Position numbers and translations under genes: made by a program. Below are positions 46,529 through 54,340 of a stretch of DNA of 64,000 nt, one piece after another. The notes beneath the pieces were generated by a model, which worked only from the letters and a program-made list of their open reading frames with translations, was not told the DNA's origin and ran no database searches. Position 1 is the stretch's first letter; each line of letters starts with the position of its first letter. The DNA comes from Candidatus Kapaibacterium sp. (GTDB taxonomy: Bacteria; Bacteroidota; Ignavibacteria; Palsa-1295), in assembly GCA_038322815.1 (NCBI GenBank), contig JBBQGG010000007.1, forward strand, positions 1,218 to 65,217. Direction: 5' to 3'.

Positions 46529-48205
46529 ATGAACCGCAGAAAATTCTTCAAACTCTCGCTCCAGGCAGGCTTAGTTACTGCTGCTTCACAGAACGTATCG
46601 GGACTTTTTGCGAAGTCTTCGAAAAAAGATATTCCGCTTGCTACGAATGCACTTCGAATTCCTCCCGTGATCTCCGGCGGTGATTTAGTCATTGCTCCAA
46701 CAACATTTGAGATAAATTCGGGAATACAGACAAATGTTATTTCGATCAATAATTCATTTCCTGCTCCGACGATACGATTAAAAAAGGGTGATACATTTTC
46801 CGCACAGATAAAAAATAATCTGACTGAGCCGACCGTTATCCATTGGCATGGTATTCATGCCCCTTCGACAATGGACGGACATCCGAGAAACGCAATCGCA
46901 CCCGGCGACACATTTAACCTCAGTTATCCTATTATCCAACGTGCCGGCACATATTTTTATCATTCTCATGCAGATATGAATACTGCAAAACAATCCTACC
47001 TGGGAATGACAGGAATGTTTATCGTCGAAGACGATGAAGAAAAAGCATTGGGGCTGCCTTCAGGAGAATTTGAAATCCCATTATTAATTCAAGATAAACG
47101 TTTTGATAAGAACGGTCAACTAATTTATGCACCCACAACTGCCGATATGAGTGCGGGCTGGCTTGGAGATACAGTTCTTATTAACGGCACGCCGCCTAAC
47201 GCTTTTTTAAATGTTGCCAATACGATGTACCGCTTTCGTATTGTCAACGGATCGAATGCGCGTACGTATAACATTGCCCTATCCGATGGAAAACAATTTA
47301 CGATCATCGGCAATGACGGCGGACTCTTAGAAAGTCCTGCAGCCGTTACTTCCGCAATGCTTGCTCCGGCGGAGCGGCTTGATATTGTCGTTGATTTTTC
47401 CGGATATTCCATCGGCGATAATCTTTTCTTAAAAAGCTTATCATTTTTTTACAGTGATGGTCCCGGTTCCGGAACATTACGGCAAGGTGCGGAGATAGAT
47501 CTTCTGCAATTTACTATTGATAGAACTGCCGCTAAAGGAAATCCCATTCCTGCTGCTCTTTCGGCGATCACAAAATTTAATTCATCGGATGCAGTAAACA
47601 ATCGAAGTTTTCAATTAAGTGGGCATCAGTATATTAATTCACAGAGTTTTGATATTAATAGAATAGATAATCATGTTCCGTTTGGTGCTCTTGAGCAATG
47701 GACGATTACGAATCTTAGCGAGAGCGTTCATCCGATGCATGTTCACGGAGTTCAATTTCAAATTGTCAATCCTACCCAGCCTTCGGAAGGCGGATGGAAA
47801 GATGTTGTGCGTATCGAATCATTTGCGACGGTACAGGTTCTTCTTCGTTTCACAGAGTACACCGGTATTTACCTCATTCATTGCCACATTCTTGAGCATG
47901 AAGATATGGGCATGATGTCGAATTTTCAGGTAGAGCAATCGGGGGCTGTAAAGCACGAGACGAACGGACAAAATGAAATAGTGATCTTCCCGAATCCCGC
48001 ATCGGATCATGCTTTCCTGAAATTCCCTTCTCTTGAAAAAGAAGAAATGCTGATGCTCATAGATATAACCGGCAGAGTAATTTCAAAAGATATTCTCGGT
48101 GCAGGTATTACCGATCATAAACTATTGACAGATAAAATTTCCAACGGAAGTTACCGTATTATTTTAGGAAACTATGAAGCTGAGTTGATCGTAATGCGGC
48201 AATAA
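46529..48205 (+). CDS. multicopper oxidase (laccase/CueO-like) with Tat signal and T9SS C-terminal sorting domain
   Basis: Twin-arginine motif MNRRKFFKLSLQAG. Copper sites HWHGIH, HSHAD, HPMHVHG, HCHILEHEDMGMM. C-terminal ~75 aa Por secretion tail (IVIFPNPASDHAFLKF...GSYRIILGN). Confidence 0.85.
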   Translation: MNRRKFFKLSLQAGLVTAASQNVSGLFAKSSKKDIPLATNALRIPPVISGGDLVIAPTTFEINSGIQTNVISINNSFPAPTIRLKKGDTFSAQIKNNLTEPTVIHWHGIHAPSTMDGHPRNAIAPGDTFNLSYPIIQRAGTYFYHSHADMNTAKQSYLGMTGMFIVEDDEEKALGLPSGEFEIPLLIQDKRFDKNGQLIYAPTTADMSAGWLGDTVLINGTPPNAFLNVANTMYRFRIVNGSNARTYNIALSDGKQFTIIGNDGGLLESPAAVTSAMLAPAERLDIVVDFSGYSIGDNLFLKSLSFFYSDGPGSGTLRQGAEIDLLQFTIDRTAAKGNPIPAALSAITKFNSSDAVNNRSFQLSGHQYINSQSFDINRIDNHVPFGALEQWTITNLSESVHPMHVHGVQFQIVNPTQPSEGGWKDVVRIESFATVQVLLRFTEYTGIYLIHCHILEHEDMGMMSNFQVEQSGAVKHETNGQNEIVIFPNPASDHAFLKFPSLEKEEMLMLIDITGRVISKDILGAGITDHKLLTDKISNGSYRIILGNYEAELIVMRQ

Positions 48206-48254
48206 ACGATCGGTTACGGGAGCAAAATCACATCAAAAATGTTTTCTCCCCCGA

Positions 48255-48299
48255 TTAAGAATTAAGAACTAAGAACTAAGCACTCAAAAATAAGAACTA
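48255..48299. repeat. heptamer tandem repeat (TAAGAAC-like x5-6) upstream of the M42 peptidase gene
   Basis: ATTAAGAATTAAGAACTAAGAACTAAGCACTCAAAAATAAGAACTAC. Confidence 0.65.
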
Positions 48300-48304
48300 C
48301 CCCA

Positions 48305-49381
48305 ATGACAAATCAGCAAGAACAATTTTTATCTAAGCTTATCGAATGCCCAGGTCCATCGAACTATGAAGAGAACGTGCAAAAACTTTGGCGCAGCGAA
48401 GTTTCGGCTGTTGTGCCGGATATAACTATTGATGCACATGGTAATAACGTTGCCACAGTAAGCGGCTCGGAGAATATTTCCGTTCTGATCGTCGGTCATG
48501 CCGATGAGATCGGACTTATTGTTCGCTACATAAATAGCGAAGGATTTATTTATGTTTCAAAAGTCGGAGGAGTCGATCCGGCAATTTTGCCGTCGCATCG
48601 TGTCCGTATTCTTTCTTCGAAATCAAACAGTACTGTTCATGGCGTGATCGGCAAAACTGCGCCCCATCAATCGAGTGCAGATGAAAAAGATAAGAAGATC
48701 ACCTATTCCGATGTTTGGATCGATATCGGCGCAAAAGATAAAGCGGAAGCAGAATCACTCGTCGGAATCGGCGACGTCGTGATCTATGGCGAAGGCTATC
48801 AACGATTGACAGGTACAAAGGCAACGGCACGCTGCTTCGATAATCGCATCGGAATTTATGTCGTTGCCGAAGTTCTAAAAAATCTTGTAAAAAGAAAAGC
48901 GGAATTGAAAGCTACTGTGTACGGAGTCAGTTCGATTCAGGAAGAGACAGGCGTATGGGGTGCGGGCAGAGCGGGATATGCTCTGGAACCGACACTTGCA
49001 ATTGCTATCGACGTTACACCTTCAACTGATTCACCCGGTATTTCAAAAGTGTTATGGGGTGAAATTAATGTTTCCAAAGGTGCAGTATTTAATAAAGGCA
49101 TCCGAAGCAACAGAAAGATCACACAGCTTTTTATTGATACAGCAGAGAAACATAAAATTCCTTATCAGATCGAAGTTGATAACGGCCATACTTCCACCGA
49201 TGCCGACCCAATCAGCCAACAGCGCGCCGGAATTCCTATCGGAGTACTCAGCTCCGCCACCCGCTATTTGCATTCATCTTGTGAAGTGCTTGATCTCGAT
49301 GATCTCGATCATTGTGTTAACCTCCTGACAGAATTTATTTTGAGTTTGAATGCGAAGACGGATTTTAGAAGCGGAGTGTAA
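48305..49381 (+). CDS. M42 family metallopeptidase (glutamyl aminopeptidase/FrvX-like)
   Basis: 358 aa with the M42 pattern (VGHADEIGLIV..., metal-binding His/Asp/Glu positions). Confidence 0.8.
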   Translation: MTNQQEQFLSKLIECPGPSNYEENVQKLWRSEVSAVVPDITIDAHGNNVATVSGSENISVLIVGHADEIGLIVRYINSEGFIYVSKVGGVDPAILPSHRVRILSSKSNSTVHGVIGKTAPHQSSADEKDKKITYSDVWIDIGAKDKAEAESLVGIGDVVIYGEGYQRLTGTKATARCFDNRIGIYVVAEVLKNLVKRKAELKATVYGVSSIQEETGVWGAGRAGYALEPTLAIAIDVTPSTDSPGISKVLWGEINVSKGAVFNKGIRSNRKITQLFIDTAEKHKIPYQIEVDNGHTSTDADPISQQRAGIPIGVLSSATRYLHSSCEVLDLDDLDHCVNLLTEFILSLNAKTDFRSGV

Positions 49382-49390
49382 GGGGCAAGG

Positions 49391-50713
49391 ATGAAGGATG
49401 CAGGTAAAAGTAAAGACGAATTAGATAAACTTCGGAAACTCAGTACAGAAATAGATAACTTGGAAAGCCCATACAAAGCAATTGTCTCAGTTATGGTTTT
49501 GCGTGAAGGCTGGGATGTATAGAACGTAACTTCAATTGTCGGCTTGCGCCCTTTTGGTGCGGATAGTAAAATCCTTCCGGAGCAGACGGTAGGCAGAGGA
49601 CTCAGATTAATGTTTCGTGGTTCAGGTGTTCAGGAAAAAGTCAGCGTAGTCGGTACTGCTGCTTTTATTGAATTCGTCGAAGGCATTAAGAAAGAAGGCG
49701 TTGAAATAGATTATGCTCCTATGGGACCGGGTACGACCGGCAAAACTCCATTGATTATCGAAGTTGATAGAGAGAATAAGAAAAAGAATATTGATGCACT
49801 CGATATTAAATTACCAATTCTGCAAGCCCGCATTGCACGAGATTACAAAAATCTTCATGAGCTAAATGTGGCCAACTTCAATTTCCAACCTGCAAAGATT
49901 ATTAGCTTTTCTGAAGCACAGCAGCGGGACATTGTATTCCGAGAAATTGTCGATGGCGAAATAAGTCATACAACACAAATGGATGGAAATCTCGAAATCA
50001 GCCCACAAAATGTTATCGGCTTCTTTGCACAAAATATAAGCCGCGAGCTTCGTCTAGTCGGTGCGAACGATGTACTTTTCGGCAAAGTGAAGCAATTCAT
50101 TACCGGACATTTGTTCGGAAAAGAAGTTGAAATCGCTGATCCAAATATCCTTCGGAATTTATCTGAGTCAGTTACTAAATCCCGGATATATGAAACGTTC
50201 AAAGGTGAGATTAATAAGTTAACCGTTCGGGATTCAGGCACCACGCGCATTTCTTCACACATAAAGTTAAGCGAGGCAAGACCTGTAGTAGTCAACGATC
50301 AGCCGGTTCTCTACCCGAAGCGATCAATTTTTAATAAAGTAGTTGGCAATAATCTTGAACTTGATTTTGCAAGCTTTCTCGATGATGCAAAAGATATTCT
50401 TTCTTTCGCTCGTAACAGGCAACGAGATGGTTTAAGTATTGAATATCAGCCATCGTCAGGTGGTATAGCAACCTATGTGCCTGACTATATCGTAAAAGAA
50501 CGCGATGATTCTATCTGGATAATAGAGACGAAGGGCAGAGAAGATATTGAAGATCCCCGCAAAATTGCCCGACTTCAGGATTGGTGCAAGGATGCAACTG
50601 CGCATGACGGGAAGATAAAGTACCAGGCAATGTTCGTACGGGAAGAGGATTTCAAGAAGTACCAGCCTACGAAGTTTTCGCAGGCGAACGAGTTATTCGT
50701 CAAAAAGAAATAA
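49391..50713 (+). pseudogene. 3' remnant of a type III restriction endonuclease Res subunit gene (helicase motifs V-VI plus C-terminal PD-(D/E)xK nuclease), with an in-frame TAG
   Basis: The frame opens immediately after the M42 stop. ...AIVSVMVLREGWDV*NVTSIVGLRPFGADSKILPEQTVGRGLRL matches Res motif V (ALREGWDNPNV) and motif VI (Q.IGRGLRL), with a stop in between. The C-terminal VPDYIV...IWIIETKG is nuclease-like. The N-terminal ~600 aa of a normal Res are absent. Confidence 0.6.
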
Positions 50714-50720
50714 AAACATT

Positions 50721-51047
50721 ATGGCAAAAGAAAAAGCGAGGCTCACTCTTCGTATCAAGCGCAAATGGCTTGAAGAAATCGTCTTCGGGAAGAAGCGGAT
50801 CGAGTGTCGGGACAATACAAAATTTTATGCGCAACGTCTTCTCGAGACAGACGAAGATGGTGATCTAGTGTGCAGAAAGTTTGATGAAGTGTATTTCTAT
50901 TGCCCAATCGGGCAGACGGGTCAGAATCTTATGGACGTCGTACAATACAAAAAGACTGACTGGAACGAGAAGATCAATCAGATGGAAATTTATTTAGGAA
51001 AGGTCATTTCGCATAATCTGCCGACGCCGAAGGTTAAGAAGAAATAA
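50721..51047 (+). CDS. ASCH domain protein
   Basis: 108 aa with the GxKxxExR signature (FGKKRIECR) characteristic of the ASCH/PUA-like fold. Confidence 0.55.
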   Translation: MAKEKARLTLRIKRKWLEEIVFGKKRIECRDNTKFYAQRLLETDEDGDLVCRKFDEVYFYCPIGQTGQNLMDVVQYKKTDWNEKINQMEIYLGKVISHNLPTPKVKKK

Positions 51048-51054
51048 GCGGGTG

Positions 51055-51141
51055 CGCCCACCTCACCCCAGCCCTCTCCTTAGGAAGGAGAGGGAGTTTT
51101 TTTAAATTCCCTCTCCTTTATAAGGAGAGGGTTAGGGTGAG
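51055..51141. repeat. hairpin repeat element (double copy, cruciform-capable) between the ASCH and DUF559 genes
   Basis: CCTCACCCCAGCCCTCTCCTTAggaAGGAGAGGGAG...CCCTCTCCTTTATAAGGAGAGGGttaGGGTGAGG. Two CCCTCTCC/GGAGAGGG hairpins sit inside an outer CCTCACCC/GGGTGAGG inverted repeat. Confidence 0.75.
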
Positions 51142-51155
51142 GTAGAGCCCGAGGG

Positions 51156-51536
51156 TTAGGGTGTGGTAGATCCCAGAAGCTTTTCTTTTGCTACTCGTTC
51201 TATCTCTGTCAGAACATCATCAATTGTGTTTGTCACTTCGGTATCTGTGAATCTGAGAAAAGTTATTTTATATCCTTCGATAATTTTTTGCCGCCATTCG
51301 TCTTTTCTTTTTGCATCTTCGCTATCGTGCGTTGCTCCATCGAGTTCGATGGCAAGTCTTATTTCAGGCGCATAAAAATCGAGGACGAAGCCGCCGACGC
51401 TGTATTGGCGGCGGAATTTTATTCCGGCAATTTGGGAGTTGCGGACACGTCGCCAAATCAGCTTTTCCGAGAAAGTAGAGTCATGCCTGAGCGCGCGGCG
51501 TTTTTCTTTATGCTCGGATTTGTTGTAGAGTTTCAT
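51156..51536 (-). CDS. DUF559 (Vsr-like endonuclease domain) protein
   Basis: 126 aa. The ...GFVLDFYAPEIRLAIELDGATHD...ITFLRF pattern is typical of DUF559. Flanked on both sides by a CCTCACCCCAGCCCTCTCCTTA hairpin repeat. Confidence 0.75.
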   Translation of the reverse strand: MKLYNKSEHKEKRRALRHDSTFSEKLIWRRVRNSQIAGIKFRRQYSVGGFVLDFYAPEIRLAIELDGATHDSEDAKRKDEWRQKIIEGYKITFLRFTDTEVTNTIDDVLTEIERVAKEKLLGSTTP

Positions 51537-51556
51537 GGTGCAAAAATACGAAGAGA

Positions 51557-51592
51557 CCTCACCCCAGCCCTCTCCTTATAAAGGAGAGGGAG
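51557..51592. repeat. hairpin repeat element, copy 2 (between DUF559 and AlbA_2)
   Basis: CCTCACCCCAGCCCTCTCCTTATAAAGGAGAGGGAG. Confidence 0.75.
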
Positions 51593-51601
51593 TTTGAAGC
51601 T

Positions 51602-52078
51602 TTGATTGCCCAAGGAGAAAGCCATGAATTGGAATTCAAAGAGACTGGACGCTGGGATGTACGGCAGGGAATGGTTAGCCCGGTTATGGGGCAGATACTC
51701 GTGAAGACAGTTGCCGGTTTCATGAATTCAGAATCCGGAGGTTCACTCATCATTGGAGTAGATGATTCAGGAATTGCTATTGGTATCGACCGAGACCTTG
51801 CGACATTCGGGAAGAAGCATAATCCAAAAGATGAATTCGAGCAGTACCTTCAAAATCTCATCCTTTCTCGTTGCGGAAAAGAATCTGCGGCATTAGTAAA
51901 GATTATTTTCCACACTACCCAAGGAAAAGAACTCTGTAAAATCGAAGTAAAGCCATCGCTGAAGCAAGTGTATGTTACCGAAGACTCTGTTGAGAAATTT
52001 TATGTCCGCTCAGGCAATACAACGCAAACACTTTCGATGAGTGAAGCACATGAGTATATCCGTCACAGATTCCGGTAA
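51602..52078 (+). CDS. AlbA_2 (Schlafen-like, 'divergent AAA') domain protein
   Basis: ESHELEFKETGRWDV...QILVKTVAGFMNSESGGSLIIGVDDSGIAIGI matches the AlbA_2 core (E.LEFK...LKTI.AFAN..GG.L.IGVDD.G.VVG). Confidence 0.6.
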   Translation: MIAQGESHELEFKETGRWDVRQGMVSPVMGQILVKTVAGFMNSESGGSLIIGVDDSGIAIGIDRDLATFGKKHNPKDEFEQYLQNLILSRCGKESAALVKIIFHTTQGKELCKIEVKPSLKQVYVTEDSVEKFYVRSGNTTQTLSMSEAHEYIRHRFR

Positions 52079-52091
52079 GGAGTTTAGATAA

Positions 52092-52130
52092 CCTCACCCC
52101 AGCCCTCTCCTTATTTTGAAGGAGTGGGAG
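52092..52130. repeat. hairpin repeat element, copy 3 (after AlbA_2; degenerate right arm)
   Basis: CCTCACCCCAGCCCTCTCCTTATTTTGAAGGAGTGGGAG. Confidence 0.7.
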
Positions 52131-52386
52131 TTATCAAGCTTAAAGCGAAAAGCGAAAAGCTAAAATGGGGAATTGAATTCGGTCCACAATTTTATTTTCT
52201 TTCCTTCCAACCCCGACCCCGATTATTATTCTATAAAAATTATATTTCATTGTATCTTAATCTTTTACAAACTTTTTTATTTTTTTTCTGTGAAATTCTT
52301 GGATTTTCTATTTTTATGTTGTATATTAGTTGGTGCTCTGATAGGCACCTATTAAAAATATATATTATTTTGGCATTCTGCCGAAA

Positions 52387-52520
52387 AGTAGTTAGTAGAT
52401 AGTAGTTAGTAGTGAGGAAAAAGAGTCCGGCTACTTACTACTAACTACTAACTACTTACTACTTACTACTTACTACTTACTACTAACTACTTACTACTAA
52501 CTACTATCTACTTACTACTG
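52387..52520. repeat. heptanucleotide microsatellite arranged as an inverted repeat (AGTAGTT x4 | spacer | AACTACT/TACTACT x~13)
   Basis: Left arm AGTAGTTAGTAGATAGTAGTTAGTAGT (52387-52413) is the reverse complement, with one mismatch, of the distal end of the right array (52494-52520). About 90 nt of TACTACT/AACTACT units lie between. Ends 34 nt upstream of ORF 52554. Confidence 0.8.
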
Positions 52521-52553
52521 ACCAGATTTTTTTAACATTACAGGAGAAATACG

Positions 52554-53357
52554 ATGATACCGAAAGACGTGAAAACAGTATATATAAAGAATATTCCAGT
52601 CGCTCACGGTGAGATCAGCGTTGTGCTGGCTGACGATGCGGAAAAATTGATGCGCCATTCTTGCCAAGTTGGAGAACAAATTAAGCGCGCAGGGCTTGGC
52701 GTCCTTCTCATTAATTGCGGAATGAGCGACCGTCGCTTCCGCAATCATGCGCGTGAAGCAACGACAGCACTGGAGGGTCAGCCGTTCGAGCACATGCCCT
52801 ACGCAACCGGAACCGATGCACCCAAAGAGATGCTGATCCATAGTTCGGTCGCCGGCGATCTTATCGGCGAGATGGATCTGCTCAGCGGACTTGTTGCCCA
52901 GTGCGCGATCGGTGTCGTAATAATCGCCGGATGGGAATGGACTTCATCCGGATATCGCCGGAAAGAACGGCTGCTCTATGCCATACGTGAGATGATGAGG
53001 AAGTATGATGTAGCCGTAGTCATTTATGCATCAGCCAAGACGAATTCGCAGCCCGGCAAATGTGACCGCGGCGGAATCGGCAGATTAGCGATGCTTGCCG
53101 TCTCGATCCTGAATTTGGATGCTGCTGATATGTTAGAATCGGTTTCTCCGAAGCCGCTGCCCATCGTTGCAACTAAAAAAGATTGGGAAGATGCCGAGCG
53201 AAGTGCACAATTACTTGGCAGTAAAATCAATGAGTTAGGGGGGGGTCGATGGTCGATCGTCGATAGTCGGGGAATGAGGGCAAAAGGATTGAAGGCGCCG
53301 GTGAAGTCAACATTATTGATGAAACCGAAGATTTTAACCGGGAATCAGGCAGGGTAA
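52554..53357 (+). CDS. hypothetical protein, possibly a degenerate RecA/DnaB-like P-loop fold lacking Walker A
   Basis: 267 aa. Alternating beta-strand-like hydrophobic runs (GVLLINCG, VVIIAGWEW, VAVVIYASAKTNSQ), but no GxxxxGK[ST] motif. Good RBS (AGGAG) upstream. Lies in the island next to the AlbA_2 and DUF559 genes. Confidence 0.35.
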   Translation: MIPKDVKTVYIKNIPVAHGEISVVLADDAEKLMRHSCQVGEQIKRAGLGVLLINCGMSDRRFRNHAREATTALEGQPFEHMPYATGTDAPKEMLIHSSVAGDLIGEMDLLSGLVAQCAIGVVIIAGWEWTSSGYRRKERLLYAIREMMRKYDVAVVIYASAKTNSQPGKCDRGGIGRLAMLAVSILNLDAADMLESVSPKPLPIVATKKDWEDAERSAQLLGSKINELGGGRWSIVDSRGMRAKGLKAPVKSTLLMKPKILTGNQAG

Positions 53358-53360
53358 CGA

Positions 53361-53397
53361 ATGTAAAATGTAAAATATAAAATGTAAAATATAAAAT
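53361..53397. repeat. heptamer tandem repeat (TGTAAAA/TATAAAA x5) upstream of kdsA
   Basis: ATGTAAAATGTAAAATATAAAATGTAAAATATAAAAT. Confidence 0.7.
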
Positions 53398-53479
53398 TGA
53401 ACTTGTTCTTTGAAAATAGTCACACGGAATAATTCAGGCTTCGTTTTTGTTGGCGCATCACTTGAAAAACCAGTAGTTA

Positions 53480-54340
53480 ATGAAAGAAAAGAAGATCGTA
53501 CGAGTCGGATCTGTTGAATGCGGAGCAGATACGCTGTTTTTGATTTCCGGTCCCTGTGTCATCGAAGATGATACAGTGATGAACCGTACGGCAGAAAAGC
53601 TGAAGATGGTATCTGAGCGATTGAATATTCCCGTTATTTTCAAATCATCATTTCAAAAAGATAATCGCAGCTCCGTAAAATTTTATCAGGGACCTGGATT
53701 AGAAAAAGGATTACGCACCCTTGAAAGAATAAAAAATGATTTTGGGTTTGCACTACTGACCGATGTTCACTATCCCGAACAAGTAAACGCTGCTGCCGAT
53801 GTTGTTGATGTTATTCAGATCCCAGCATATCTTTGTATGCAGACAACACTTACCGTCGAATGCGCGAAGACGATGAAAGTAGTAAATATCAAGCATGGGC
53901 AGTTCATTGCGCCGGAGATGATGATCAAGCCCATCGAAAAATGCTTGGAATCCGGCAACGATCAGATCATTCTTACTGAACGCGGATATGCATTCGGTTA
54001 TAACGATCTTGTTGTTGATCCCCGGAGTTTTTATCATTTGAATAAAACAGGGTATCCTGTTGTTTTTGATATCACCCATTCCATCCGCAAATATGGTATT
54101 CCGAGTTCGGATCCGCGCGGAGGATCAAAAGAATTTTTAGATACGATCGGGCGCGCAGGTGTTGCAGCAGGAGTTGACGGCATATTTGTTGAAACACATC
54201 CTGAACCGGAGAAAGCATTATGCGATGCAGCAAGCCAGATGTGCGTTTATGATCTCGAAGAATTTCTCTTGCCTCTTATTGATCTGCACGAGACCGAAGT
54301 AAAATACAGAAAAAAGACCCACCATGGAGTTATATCTTGA
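53480..54340 (+). CDS. kdsA: 3-deoxy-8-phosphooctulonate synthase
   Basis: 286 aa with the KdsA pattern (LFLISGPCVIE...VIFKSSFQKDNRSS...HYPEQ). DAHP-synthase-like TIM barrel. Confidence 0.9.
   Translation: MKEKKIVRVGSVECGADTLFLISGPCVIEDDTVMNRTAEKLKMVSERLNIPVIFKSSFQKDNRSSVKFYQGPGLEKGLRTLERIKNDFGFALLTDVHYPEQVNAAADVVDVIQIPAYLCMQTTLTVECAKTMKVVNIKHGQFIAPEMMIKPIEKCLESGNDQIILTERGYAFGYNDLVVDPRSFYHLNKTGYPVVFDITHSIRKYGIPSSDPRGGSKEFLDTIGRAGVAAGVDGIFVETHPEPEKALCDAASQMCVYDLEEFLLPLIDLHETEVKYRKKTHHGVIS

Noticed and set aside
20866-50713. Idea that TAG/TAA are reassigned sense codons (three in-frame stops: ParE TAA, BNR TAG, Res TAG)
   Set aside because: All long conserved genes (rpoN, bamA, yidC, pstB and others) terminate normally and contain no internal TAG/TAA. 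The three cases fit ordinary pseudogenisation.
52124-52402. 92-aa and 60-aa ORFs (52124..52402, 52173..52355) in the AT-rich spacer
   Set aside because: Low-complexity Phe/Leu/Ile translations of AT-rich repeat DNA. No RBS and no family.
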